Assembly (NCBI GenBank): GCA_013265495.1
Contig: MU058650.1
Location: 1,120,267-1,184,266 of the forward strand
DNA length: 64,000 bases
Reading direction: 5' to 3'
Source: Vicugna vicugna
Taxonomy: Eukaryota
Shown here: one piece after another, positions 40,244 through 52,813 of the stretch
Numbering within the stretch: position 1 is the stretch's first letter
Layout: each line of letters starts with the position of its first letter
Notes under the pieces: generated by a model
The model's input: the letters and a program-made list of their open reading frames with translations, nothing else
What the model was told of the DNA's origin: nothing
Databases searched by the model: none
Position numbers and translations under genes: made by a program

Positions 40244-40659
40244 TCATATATGTAATTTTCATGGGGTGTTTCATGGGGTGCCAGCGGCCAGGAGTAGTTA
40301 AGGCCAGTTTCGACTAGGGCTGGCAGGCGCCACCCATTACCGGCCTTGGGGAAATTGTCCAGCCTTCTTTGTTTCTCCACCTGCAAAGTAGGGGTAACAA
40401 CTGTGCCATCTCCTGAAGTGCTCAGGGTTAAATGATGTTGTCCATACAAACTGCTAAGCACAGTACCCGCCACAGTGAATGCTCAATAAAGGTTGGCTTT
40501 CATTATTTATAGGTCCTGAGTTGTCTGAATTTCCAGAATGCAAGTCGTCCAGTAACCTCAGAAATGCCTTCCCCGTCCCAGGGCCGCTGCCAATCCCTGG
40601 AGCACTTTTCCTCTTCCCGCAGAGCACAGTGACAACAGAAGCAGGCTTCCCTGGATCCC

Positions 40660-41570
40660 AGCCCCAAAGGCGGCTACATCGCTTCGCGGGGCCCGGGAAG
40701 GAGGCGAGCTCTGGACCACCTCGGGCGGCACCACAAAACTCAGCCCAGATTTCTTACTTGGGATGAACGCAACTGTTAGTGAGGATCGCCCGCCGGGTCT
40801 GACGGGCTCGGCAGCGGAGGAAGGTGGGCGCCGGCGCCAGGAAGGGGAGCCCTCGCCGCTCCCAAGCCCAAGGGTGGATACCCCTCCTTCACAGCATCCC
40901 AGGGCAGTTCGTCCCCTCTCGGCTGGGAGGCCCCCGGGGATCGACCCAACAATGCCAACAGGGTGAATGTCCCCCAGATCTTCGGAAATGCATTCCCAAG
41001 ATTTCTAAGAGGGGGGGCCCGGGAAGGCGCACCGAGCGCTTCCTAAAGCTAGGAAAGAGCACCATCCCTGACGCACGTGTCGAGCCGCCCGGACCAGCTC
41101 CCCGCCCGCGCGGCCGCCACGTGCGAGCCCCCGCGCGCCCCGCCGCCCCGCCGGCCCCTACGCACCAGGTGCAGAGTTTGCCCTTGACCCGGCGCAGCAG
41201 GCCGACCGATGCGCGCGCCGCTCCCTGCTCCGGCGGCGGCGGCGGCGGGGCGCCGGGTCCCCCCGGCGAGGCGGCCTCCATGGGAGCCCCGCGGTCTCCG
41301 GCGCCCGGAACCCCTCGAAGTGTCGGGTCCGGAAGACGGGAGGCGGCGCCTGTGCGGCCGGTGGAGGCTCGGCTCGCCCCGGCGCCCGCGCTCCCGCGCT
41401 CGCTCGCGCCCCTCTCTCCTCTGCCCCGCGGGCTCGGTCTGCGGCAAATCATTAACTGTCAAGCCCCTGGGGCCAGACAATACATTTGCAGATTACAGCC
41501 TGGCACCTCCGGGAGCCAGGACCAGGAGGAGAAAGGGCGCTTTTTTTTTCCTTTTTTTTCCGCCTTGGCA
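40660..41570. promoter_or_regulatory. SLC35F2: CpG island / SLC35F2 promoter and first exon
   Basis: Sharp rise in GC and CpG density, with many CCGCCC/GGCGGG GC-box-like motifs around exon 1. Flanking DNA is CpG-depleted. Confidence 0.9.
41166..41281 (-). CDS. SLC35F2: SLC35F2 coding exon 1 (116 bp; MEAASPGGPGAPPPPPPEQGAARASVGLLRRVKGKLCT-W)
   Basis: ATG at 41281-41279 lies in a CpG island. The peptide resembles the human SLC35F2 N-terminus as I recall it (MEADSPAGPGAP...LLRRIKGKLFTW). Donor TG|GTGCGT at 41165; phase 2 joins exon 2 to complete TGG (Trp). Confidence 0.95.
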
Positions 41571-42513
41571 GTGGACCTTCAAGGCTAGGGTGACACCCAA
41601 TGTGCATTTCAAATTCTTATGGCTCCTTATTTAAAATCAGTAAATGAGGTGACTCGGGGTTATGCCAGCGTGTCTTAAACCAACATTTAGCTACTGCCTG
41701 AACCTTGCTAACTGGGGAGGATCGGCTGACCCCCTCCCGTGACCTAGAATCTCCCTCCCTTCGACTAACTTATAAAAGGTATTTCCCATCTAAGGACTAA
41801 GGCGCTTTAGTTCTGTTTCTTTTTTCCCAAAAAACATAGGTAAAATCCTATTGTTTCTTATCCTTAAAAGGATCCTGGAAACATGTCTTTGTGGTATGTC
41901 TCGTTCCTTACAGATGTGTTCGGTTTGCCTTTCAATATTCAGAGGTGTTTTTGAAGTGCTAGCGAGGGAGACGATGCCGACCCCTGGCGCTCCCCTAGGG
42001 CCCCCTTCCGATGATGTTTCTGCGGACCAAGGAGGGACGAGGAACTGGAGTTAAAAGTTCCCGACTCTCACTGACAGAAGAACGTGGGTGGGTCTGGTAG
42101 ACTTCTGCTTCCGGAAAGGAGCTCGACCGGGAAGACAAAGGGAAAGGTGTCGCGAACATTCTCTTTCCCGACCGCCTCTTTCCCAGGGTAGGCTCGGGGT
42201 GGGGGGCAGGTTGTGAGAAGATTCTAAGAAAAAAAATATATTTTGCAAAATTAAATGTAGCTTTAGGAACCCCAAGTTTAGCAGCTACAGAAACTCCCAA
42301 ATTTAAGTGAAATGTTTTTTTCTTTTTAACTGTTTAAGTGAGATGAAGGGAAACAAACATGAGGACATTAAAAAGAACGGGAAAGAGCTGTACCAGAACT
42401 TGGAAGGATTTTCTTTCTCTAGGTATTTTTGAGTTAAAAAAAAAAGGATGTAGAAAAGTACATTTAGTATGACGTCATTTTTGTAAAGCCTATTAAACCT
42501 CCTACATTGATAA

Positions 42514-43015
42514 TGTTAATTTTACCTGAGCCCTGTGCTCCTGGAAAGTAGTAGTGGTTAAGAAACCGCCCACCCTTCTGTCTTCTTTGAAGTGGCATAC
42601 TGCAAAAAAACACTCCGTATGACTAGGTGAGACCCAGAGATGCCGTCTTTTTCACCTAGGACAAGGCCAGACACAGACCTTCCAAGTTCCCATCCTTTGC
42701 CTCAAAATGATTGGCTGAACTGCTTGTCCCCACTGACCAATCAGAGCAAAATGCCTGTTAACCAGACTGGTTAAACTCCTATCTTCTTCCAGGCCTAGAA
42801 ATGCTCACCCACCTCTGCCTGAGCCAGCGGTGTAACCCCTCCTTAACAGGCCTCGCCTCAGGGAAAACATTCTCTAGTCTACTATCCAATCAAGCCACCT
42901 TTTTATTCCACTTCCCCTCCCCCACCCCCGCAGGAGAGAGTTTCCGTCCTCTTGCTGCAATAATCCTCAAGTCTCCCCTAAATCAGATTCACTTCTTATT
43001 CACAATATGTGTATG
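42514..43015 (+). mobile_element. ERV1-type solo LTR (MER39/MER34-like) about 1.2 kb upstream of the SLC35F2 ATG
   Basis: TGTTAATTTTACCTGAGCCCTGTGCTCCTGGAAA start, paired GATTGG/CCAAT boxes and a C-rich U3. Family assigned from memory. Confidence 0.55.
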
Positions 43016-43174
43016 GTTATGTGGGCATGGAGCATTTTTTTTTCTGTTAAACAAACAGCTTTATTAATACAAATATTATACATACCGACAAACTATAAAG
43101 TGCTAAGAAATTTAAATGTCTAAGTCATAGGAAACAGGTTGGGGGAGAGGTGTAGGGGTTGGTAGGGGTATAGG

Positions 43175-43320
43175 AGGCGGGGGAGGGTATAGCTCAGTGG
43201 TAGAGTGCATGCTCAGCATGCTTGAGGTCCTGGGTTCAATCCCCAGTACCTCCATTAAAAAATCAATCAATCAATTTACTTCCCCCCCACCAAAAATTTT
43301 TTAAAATAAAATATTTTTTT
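43175..43320 (+). mobile_element. tRNA-derived SINE (Vic-like)
   Basis: A/B boxes and degenerate tail motif. Confidence 0.9.
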
Positions 43321-43480
43321 AAAAAGTGGCAGTTCATCCAGGGTCATCAAAAGTAATCCTTAAAAAGTTAAGGGATGCAGAAATAGGAAAAAAGAAAACT
43401 TCACTTAAAAAAAATTCCTCCAGCATGTGTGATACAAAAGTGTGTTTGTATAAATACATGAGGTTAAAAGATGAGCTTAG

Positions 43481-43954
43481 GTGTTGTGGCAGACTGAATA
43501 ATGCCCCCCCCCAAATATCCAGTCCCTAATCCCTAAAACTTGAGAATGTCGCCTTATATAGAAGGAGTTTACAGATGTGAGTAAATTACACACATGTGAT
43601 TAAATGGGAAGAGTATCCTGAATTATCTGGTGGGCCATCAGGTAATCACAAGCGTCCTTATTAGAGGGAAGCAGAGGGAGATTTACAACAGAAGAGAAGG
43701 TGATCCGGTGATGGAAGCCCAGATCGGAGTGATATGCATTGAAAATAGAGGAGGCTTTACCAGCCAAGGAATAAGAGCAGCAGAAGCTTAAAGCATTGAG
43801 AGGGAAGCAGCCCTGCTGACTTCAGCCTTAACTATAGTCCAGTAAAACTGATGTCAGACTTTTGACCTCTAGAACTGTAAGAGAATAGATTTGTTTTGTT
43901 TTCAGCCACTAAACTGGTGGTAATTTGCTACAGCAGCCATAAGAAACAAATGCA
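43481..43954 (+). mobile_element. MLT1 (MaLR) solo LTR
   Basis: TGTTGTGGCAGACTGAATAATGCCCCC...ATCCTGAATTATCTGGTGGGCC...AGAACTGTAAGAGAATAGATTT...GAAACAAATGCA. Confidence 0.85.
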
Positions 43955-44306
43955 GGTGTACAAACACTAACTTTAGAGATCATGACCACTGTCAAGTGCA
44001 AAAAGTTGCAGAGTTATAGAATAATTGTCTGGTATGATTCCATTTTAGTAAAAACCACCAACAAAGTAACTTAATATCTTTATAGAAACACAGATGTTTA
44101 TATCCATATCTTATACTCTCATGTTTATATGAGCAAGGAGAAGGGTGTAAAAGAATACACACCAGGCTATGATACTGGTTTAAGTCATGAGGGTGGTGGG
44201 AGTAGGGGGTTTTGTGGAGGGAAATAAGAGAGGATTGTCTTATACATCTTTACTATGGGCATATATTACTGTTACAATTTGAAAAATACTCAATTAAGAC
44301 ATTTTT

Positions 44307-44437
44307 GGGGGAAGGGTATAGCTCAAGTGGCAGAGCACATGCCTGGCATGCACAAGGTACTGGATTCAATCCCCAGTACCTCCATTAAAAACAAACAAAC
44401 AAACAAACCTAATTACCTCCCCGTGCCAAAAAAAAAA
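44307..44437 (+). mobile_element. tRNA-derived SINE (Vic-like)
   Basis: A/B boxes, tail motif, poly-A. TSD-like AAGACATTT / AAGGCATTT. Confidence 0.9.
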
Positions 44438-44906
44438 GGCATTTCTCAATAAGTCTGCTTGACTCAACATATTCAACAAATTACCCCCACAGGAAAATGG
44501 GACCAGGAAATAGCCAACCATTGACGTGGATTCTAAAGTTATGGACAAAGTTATATGTATTTTCTAAACAGGAAATGCTCAAAAAGTAGCCATAGGAGTA
44601 TTGCTCTGGCATTGCTCCAAATTGAGCTCACGTCCTCACAGGATTATTGATCAGTCCACATTATTTAGGTATCAGGATTAAAATGCATCGAGTGGATCTG
44701 TGGGCAACAATCCACAAGTTTTTTGTCAAAGGAAATTTACTGGAAAAAATTGTTTAAGTGTTGGAGATTTTTGCACGTAATAATCTTACTTCTCACAGGT
44801 ACCCAAAAAACAGCTACCACTTATTGAGCACCTACTCACCTACCATGAGCCAAATACTTGATGTAATTTTCAACTACATTCAATCACATCAATTCAATTA
44901 CATTAC

Positions 44907-46355
44907 TGTCCCAGCTATCTATTGTTATATATCAAATCACCCCAAATCTTAGTGGCTTCAAAAAATTGGTTAATCATTTTATATCTCCTGTGGTTTCTGT
45001 GGATCAGAAATTTTGGAAGGTCTGAGCCAGGCGGTTCTGGCTCAGAGCCTTTCATGCAGTTGTAGTCGGAAGGCAGCTGCAGCTAGACGGCAAGGGAGTG
45101 GACATGAGGGAGCATTAAGCTTGCAGCATCTTTCTCTCCACTTAGTGCCATGCGATCTCTTACCGCGTGCTGACAACCCCACAGCTGTCTTCCTCACCAC
45201 CTGGTGACATTAGGGTAGTCTGCTAACATGGCAGCCAATTTCCCTTCCAAGCAAGTGTCCTAAGAGAAAAAAGCCAAACCATTGCTGGTGTCCTCTAGCC
45301 AAAGACTACCATGAATATACATGTAGTTAAGCAAGTTGAATTTATTACTCCTTGCCGCGAGGGAGAACAAACCCATGGGAGAATTACTGGATGTCTCAGG
45401 AAAAGGACGTTAGAGAGAACCTATTCTAGGATTCAGGCTTTGGTTTAGTGGCTTAAGGAAGCACAGATTGATTCACCCTGGCTTGAATGCTGTCAGATTG
45501 GAAGGAATTCTGATTGGTATCTCAATGAATCAGACTAGGGCGAGGATAACTGCAACTGATAAAGAAGTAGCAGTCAAACATTTTGATCAAAAGAGAAGGA
45601 GAGTTGGTATTTTGTGGGTACCATAGTGAGGTGACCATGTTTTGTGCTTAGATAAAATTATGAAGTGGCCTGGTTTTGTCTCATTTTATCATGGTCTCAG
45701 AGTAATCTTGTCTGAAAGTGGTGCTCTGTGAGATTGTTTATGTCCAATAAGAGAAAGATATGGCCTAGCTGTGAGTGGCAGGCCAGCTTCCAAATGTTAA
45801 AGACTGCCTTTTTTTTTTCTTTCTCAGTGTCTTCTTCCATGACCTAACCTTGGAAGTCACACAGCATTGTGTTCACCGTACCCCTCCAGATACAAGAGAA
45901 TTGAGTATAGACTCTGTTATAGACTGACTGTTTATTTTCCTCCAAAATTCATATGTTGAAGTCTAATTCCCGATGTGTTGGTATTTGGCAGTGGGGACTC
46001 TGGGAGGTAATTAGGTCATAAGACTGGAGCGCTCATGGAAACCAGAGAGCTGGACTGCTCTTCTCCCACTATGTGAGGACACAGGGAGAAGTCAGCAGTC
46101 TGCAACCCAGAAGATGGCTCTCAGCAGAACCCAACCATGCTGGCAGCCAGATCTCGGACTTCCAGTTTCTAGAACTGTGAGAAATAAAGGATTGTTGTTT
46201 TGGGCACACAGTCTACGGTAATTTGTTAAACCGGTTCAAATAGACCAAGGCAACCCCCACCTCTCCATAGGAGACGTGTCGCAGTCACCTGGGACTGACT
46301 GTGTGGGATGGGAGCCATCGTTGCAGCCGACTTTGAAAAATAGAGTCGGCCACAA
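44907..46355. mobile_element. nested LTR cluster: minus-strand MLT1 containing a second LTR (~45282-45827) and a plus-strand MLT1A-like LTR (~45915-46250)
   Basis: ATCTATTG...AAATCACCCCAAATCTTAGTGGCTT; GACCTAACCTTGGAAGTCAC; AAAATTCATATGTTGAAGTCTAAT...CTAGAACTGTGAGAAATAAA. Confidence 0.7.
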
Positions 46356-46844
46356 ATGCTTTCCAAAATGCCAGGCTTATTTTTTGAGATGAGTAACCTA
46401 AAGTTCAGAAAGATTAAGCAACTTGCCCATCATCTTCAAAATGGTAACTGGCTCTGAAATCAATGTCACTAGCTTGCCTCTGTGATTTAACTGACAAGCA
46501 TGCATGAGCCTCTTTCCCACTACCTTTTCTTCCCCTGTTTACAAAAATAATTGTAAATAAACATACTTTTAAATCTCATCAAACACAACATAATAAAAGT
46601 CATTACGGATATTTAAGAGTGTCATCATAAGATTGTCATCAATCAAAACACGTAAGATTATAGTTCTAAGTGTCTATGATTTAAAGTTGTGTTCTTTTGT
46701 GAGGTATAATTGAATACTAAAAATATCATATTAATAATGAAATGCAACTTTTTATTGAAAAGGATCAAAAAGACAAAAAAAATTCTAAAGCAGGTATCAA
46801 TGCTTGACTCCCTTAAGCTAGAATCAATGTTTAAGATAAAGTCA

Positions 46845-48270
46845 TTTTTTCAATTGAATCATAGTGGATTTACAATATTGTGTTAGTTTCAGGTGGATAG
46901 CAAAGTGATTCAATATCTTGAATACAGTTCCCTGTGCTATACAATAGATCCTTGTTGCTCATCTATTTTATGTAGAGTAGTTTGTATGCATTAATCCCAT
47001 ACTCCTAATTTAGCCCTGCCCCCCTTTCCACTTTGGTAACCAAAGTTTATTTTCCATGCCCATGAGCCTGTTCCTGTTTTGTATATAGATTCATTTGTAT
47101 TATTTTTTAGATTCCAGATACAACTGTTATTATAGTCTTTCGATGTCTGATTTATTTAATATGATAATCTCTAGGTCCATCCATGTTGCTACAAATGGTA
47201 TTATTTCATTCTTTTTTATGGCTGAGGAATATTCCACTATATATATATACCACAAGTTCATAAACCAATCATCTATTGATGGGCACTTTGGTTGTTTCCA
47301 TGTCTTGGCTACTGTAAATAGCACTGCTATGAACATTAGGGCACATGTATCTTCCTGAATTAGAGTTTTTGTTTTCTCTGGATATGTACAGAGGAGTGGG
47401 ATTGCTGGATCATATGGTAGCTCAATTTTTAGTTAGGGAACCTCCAGACTGTTTTCCATAGTGGCTGCACCAATTTACATTCCCACCAACAGTGTAGGAG
47501 AATTCCCTTTTCTACACATCCTCTCCAGTATGTATTATTTGTAGACTTCTTGATGACAGACATTCTAACCCCTGTGAGGTGATACCTCATTGTGGTTTTG
47601 GTTTGTATTTCTCCAATAACTAGTAACATTGAGCATCTTTTCATGTGCCTGTTAGCTGTCTGTATGTTTTCTTTGGAAAAATTTCTACTTAGGTCTCCTG
47701 ATCACTTTGTGATTTGGTTGTTTGTTTTTTTTTTTTGACATTGAGTTGTGTGAGCTCTTTGTATTTTTTTTATATTAACCTCTTGTCACTGGTATCATTT
47801 GCAAATATTTTTTCTATCCTGTAAGTTGTCCTTTTGTTTTATTGATTTCCTTTGCTTTGAAAAAGCTTTTAAGTTTGATTAGTTTCCATTTGTTTATTTT
47901 TGCTTTTATTTCTTTTGCCTTGGAAGGCTGACCTAGGAGAACACTGCTTGATTTATGTCAGAGAATGTTTTGCCTGTGTTGTCTTCTAGGAGTTTTATGG
48001 TGTCATGTCTTATACTTAGGTCTTTGAACTATGTTCAGCTTTTTTTGTACATGGTGTTAGAAGGAGCTGTAATTTCATCGATTTGCATGTAGCTGTCCAG
48101 CTTTCCCAACATCACTTGTTGAAGAGACTGTCCTCTCCATTGTGAATTCTTGCCTCCTTCTTCGGAGATTAATTGACAGTAGGTGCATGGGTTTATTTCT
48201 GGACTCTCTGTTCTGCTTCATTGATCTATAAGTCTATTTTTGTGTCGATACCATGCTGTTCTGATTACTG
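46845..48270 (-). mobile_element. 5'-truncated LINE-1 (ORF2 C-terminus and 3'UTR)
   Basis: Minus-strand peptides [20 protein letters not shown] and [21 protein letters not shown]. Confidence 0.93.
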
Positions 48271-48539
48271 ATTACACCAACCCATCATGGCGGAGAGTTG
48301 CTCCCGAGTAGTAACTTCTTTTCGCTTCTAGGCGGCCCTTTGCGTGGGATGAGCGAACTCCCACAACCCCAGAGAAAGCCCTGAGCAGGAAAACAGAGAA
48401 GCTTCTGAAGTAAGACACGGTCAGCATTCAAACACATAGTCCCCAGAGGAACTGCTCACAATAACGGCAGCTAAAATCAGATTCAGCGCCGAAGCTGCCT
48501 GCTGTGATACATGACACAGACGGGAAGGAATCTGGGCTG

Positions 48540-49140
48540 CTACTGCAGGTCTCGTTTCTGTGACTGGTCATAAAACCATGTTGATATTTACGATAATCCT
48601 TCTTTGTTACACGGTCTATGCTCCCTTCGCCCTCAGCTAGCACCTCAACTGATTTGGGTCTGATTTGGATCTTACCTGTAGGATAATCCAAACCAAGATG
48701 AGTAAAATACAGTTATAAAGAGCATGGCTCTGGAATCACGTGATCTGGATTTGAAGCCCAGCTCTGCCACTTATTAACTCTGTGACCTTTCGTCAAGTTA
48801 TTTTAATCTCTCTGTGTCTCAGTATGCTCATCTGTAAAATAGAGATAATGAAAATATCCACATCATAAGATTATTGTGAGAATTAGCTGAATTGATCCAT
48901 GTGAGATGCTTAGAAGAGCATGTGACACATAGTTGATACCATGTAGTTACAAGCTGTTGTTTACTTCCTGAGAAGTCCTGCCTGTATTGGGTAGCTCAGT
49001 TTTCCATTAATTTTTTCACTGGGTTGACACATAAGAGGCAACCCAGAGGGTCCACTAGATTCCAGAAAAACTTCCTTTCTTTTGTCCCCCATATTGCAAC
49101 AATCCTATTTCTCCTCGATGATCAAGATCAATCATTCCAA
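48540..49140 (-). mobile_element. ERV-L internal remnant (dUTPase and pol C-terminus), split by a MIR (~48710-48950)
   Basis: Minus-strand hand translation across frameshifts gives GMIDLDHRGEIGLL, WNLVDPLGCLL, KINGKL, NTGRT, then EVLAEGEG...YRKYQ. Confidence 0.8.
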
Positions 49141-52100
49141 GTGTAGTGACTCTTTATTTGCCAACAGTGAGGATTCTGGATCACTGTCAAAAAACCCGAA
49201 GTCTTCACTACTCATGCTTAACACCAGACATAACAGACAGATGGCCTCTGCTTCACCCTCTACCTTTCAAATCTTGACCACAGACATCTTGCAAGAACCT
49301 CGCTGCTGTTGGTATTTTTTTTTTAATGTGCTTATCAGTTAGTGATGCCTTCTGAAATGTTTACAGGTACAAAGATATGATATCCTAGGTTTTTTTTCTT
49401 TTTTAAATTTCAACAACAAAAAATAAAGTGGAGGGGAATAGGTGAAACAAGATTGGCAAAATGTTGGTGATTGTTGAAGCTGAATGATGGATGTGTCACA
49501 TGGGTCACTCTACTAGTCTCTCTACTTTTGTAAATGTTTGAAAATGTCCATACTGAAAAGACTTATTTTAAACACATGGCCACCAAAAAAAGAGCCTGAG
49601 AAATCTAATGTTTGCCTTTCCAGCCGTTGCACACCAGGAAGGTGCACTGGAGAGAATCAAGTGCTAAGGAAGAAAGGAGATCAAGTGGGGAGCCATGATG
49701 TTACCGCATAAATGAAACACAAAAGAGTCGATACATAAATTATAAAGCTCTTGTCCCACAGTGCATTCCATCTATCCAGTAACTGGAGTAATTATATCTG
49801 TGAGATACAATGTCTCTCTACCTTGGATACTGCTTAAGGTTACAACTTTATCAGCACTAACACAGTGTTTATTAGCAATTAAAACAGGTGGTACCCACTG
49901 AGGGAGTTAAATAATGCATTGATTCTCCTTGGTTTTGCTCTCAAAACCAACAAACTTTGGGGACTGACTTACTATAGTCCTCTTTATACTAACCTCACTC
50001 TCACTGAGGGATAATAAGGAGCCTGTATTGAAAATGTGAAAGGGAAAAAAAGTTAAGCAGAAAAAATGCATAAGGAAGCTAGGTTCATTACCTACTGTTG
50101 TTCCATGTAAAATCTACATTGCAGATTATTGCATTTTCAAATGCTGAAGTGCTTTGAAAATTTTCTAAGCAGAAGTAGAAAGATGTTTGGACATTTAGGA
50201 TGTAATGGGACATCATTTAAAAGTGCTGCTGTTAAAAAGTAAGTAGGTAAGCACTTGAGAAACGTGGGCATATAGCATTGAGTGAATATAAAAGTGATAT
50301 TTTAAGCTCAAGAATCAACTAAAAATCTTATTGAACTGCTGACAGTTTTGAACAATATTGAAAAGCTATAGTAGCACAAAGAATTAAAAAGACAAGTACA
50401 GTATCATCCTGTATCAAACTGCATAAGCACTGGGCCCTAATGTGTCTTACAATTATCCTTACAGGCTCAACCCACTTGTCAGCAAAAATTAAATGGCAGA
50501 GTTACAGTCATACTATTACCGAGATGCTGCTTAGTTTTACAAAACACTCTTCAAGACATTTACTAATGCGCTACAGCATGTTTCTATAAATAATTAAAAT
50601 CAAATAAATTCGGAAGAGCTAAATAATTTAAACACTTGTCAAAATAAATCAGCTAAGAATATCCTGAGGTTTAATATATTTGATTTGCATGCTTTGATTT
50701 ACTTATTTTCTCATTAAATCAGATAAAATAAAATTAAAAAACAGTTAGATGTTCAATTCCTATGTGCCAAATAATACTGCCTTCACTGTCCTGCAAAATG
50801 CATTTTTGGGAAAACCAACTGAAATGTATCCAAAAAAGGACTTATAAAATTTGAAATTTGGGTGGATTTGCCACAAGTCATAAGTGCCCCAAATTCAAAT
50901 AGCATGGTACCGTCACATTTTCACAGACTATATATGTCCTAATTTTTGGTTTAATGTGTATGGTCCTTGGGATCAAGATATTAATATATGTATTAATAAG
51001 TATATGTATCCTTGGCATCAAGAAATTTGCAATTTATTAGAGAAACAAAGCACATAGATTAAAAGCTTAGCTCTAGGCTCAATTAGGTAAGACTTCCTGA
51101 AAAAAAACCTCTTTTTCTAGGCTTTACATTATGGTTAGGACCTTGAATAGGCAATGAGTAAGAGAGAATTTGGAATCAAGGTAAAAAGTAGAGTATTATA
51201 TATAATCAAGGAAGGATAAGCAGAAGGCCTGGCTGAAAGTAGTGATTTTATGGTAAGAAATGGGATAAGAAAAGGGGGAAAACAAGGTAGATTGGGACCA
51301 AAGTGTGAAGGGCTTTGAATTTAAGTCAAGTGGTTTCAGTTTCATTCTATAGACAGTCATTTAAAGGCTTTTTGAGCAGTGGAGTACGGAGAAGGTTGCT
51401 CACGTAGAATCCATTAGGAAGACAGGACTCTGAATGCAGGAGAGCCATTAGGAGGTAATCGTTGCAGCACCACACTCAGTAACGGGCTCCCCTTGAGAAC
51501 TGGTGATGGGAATGCAAAACAAGGAACCGGAACAAACCACACCTATAGAATCTATGGAACTTGGTGACTGCCTAGCAAGGAAGAGGAAGTGATGAAGAGA
51601 TAACGAGAAGGTATCGCGAGGGACTGAGAGAATGGTGGTCCTATTAACAAAGAAAGAGGAGCCCAGAGGAGTCAGTCTGTGAAGAAGAGAATGAGTTTGA
51701 TTTTCAAGCACGTTGTACTTCAAGGAGCAGCTCAGCTTCCGGGGAGTCGCAGCTGGTCCTATTTAAGAGACACGGGAAAGACAACACCAGAGAAAAAGAC
51801 TTGGCATTCTTTTGCCTGGAAGCAGTGGCTGAAGCAATTAAACTAAACTAAATTCTCTGAGGATGGCGATATAAATAGAAAAAAAAAACCAAACAAACAG
51901 AACTAACCTAGCAAATGCCCCCACTTAAAGGATGGAAAGAGGAAGAAAGGCCATTTGTGGAAGCCACAACATTTACTGGGTGCCAGTGCAAGAAATGGAA
52001 ATACATAATGTAAATGATGATAATAATTATTATTTTAGAAGTTTATCTCTTAGTGTCATTCAAGCAAATGTAAGATACTGAAAATGTACTAAAGAATAAT

Positions 52101-52813
52101 GAAAAGACAAGAATAACACCAAAACCCTTTTTCATGAATATTGCCAATAGAAATTATATTAATGCAAATATTGCAACATTTTCAAGTTAAATGTATATTG
52201 CTCATTTAAGTGAGGTGAAGGGTAATAAAGTGTTTGTATACAAATATTTGAGTTAATAGTGAATACAAAATTTTTAGAAAGGATAAGATGAAATTATCCA
52301 TAATAATGATATATTTATGTACAGGAAATAAATCATCTGTGCAAGCTACCTGAATCAATTAACTAAACTGGGTTTTATAAAATAAATTGACCAAGTTGAT
52401 TGAATTAATATATTTGATTAATCATTTTAGAATCATATGGTCCAATGGACAAAGTCAAACATATTCAAATAAATGCTTAAATCCTAATTATTCATTAACA
52501 CTTTATAGATAATCCTCAAACTTACTCAGCTGAGAGTGCCTGAATTATAACTAGGTTGATAGGATTTATACATTATGTCAAGCAAGAAAGTAAGATTAAG
52601 AAATAATTACCTTGTAAAATCATAAGACTATTGCTGATAAATTTTTCAGGAACCAACAAATTATTGGAAGGATTTAAAGTGGTTAATACTAAAATCAGGA
52701 GATGGTTTGGCAAAATAGTATGGATTTAGGAGTCAATCAAACTTAGACCCAGACAGAATATTGGGAGGATTATGTGAGTGGATATATGTACATTAAAAGT
52801 GCTTAGTTAATAT

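Noticed and set aside
40824..41634. Long plus-strand ORFs (254 aa, 141 aa) and the 143-aa minus-strand ORF in the CpG island
   Set aside because: Stop-poor GC-rich sequence gives low-complexity Pro/Arg/Gly/Ala peptides; fully explained by the island and SLC35F2 exon 1.
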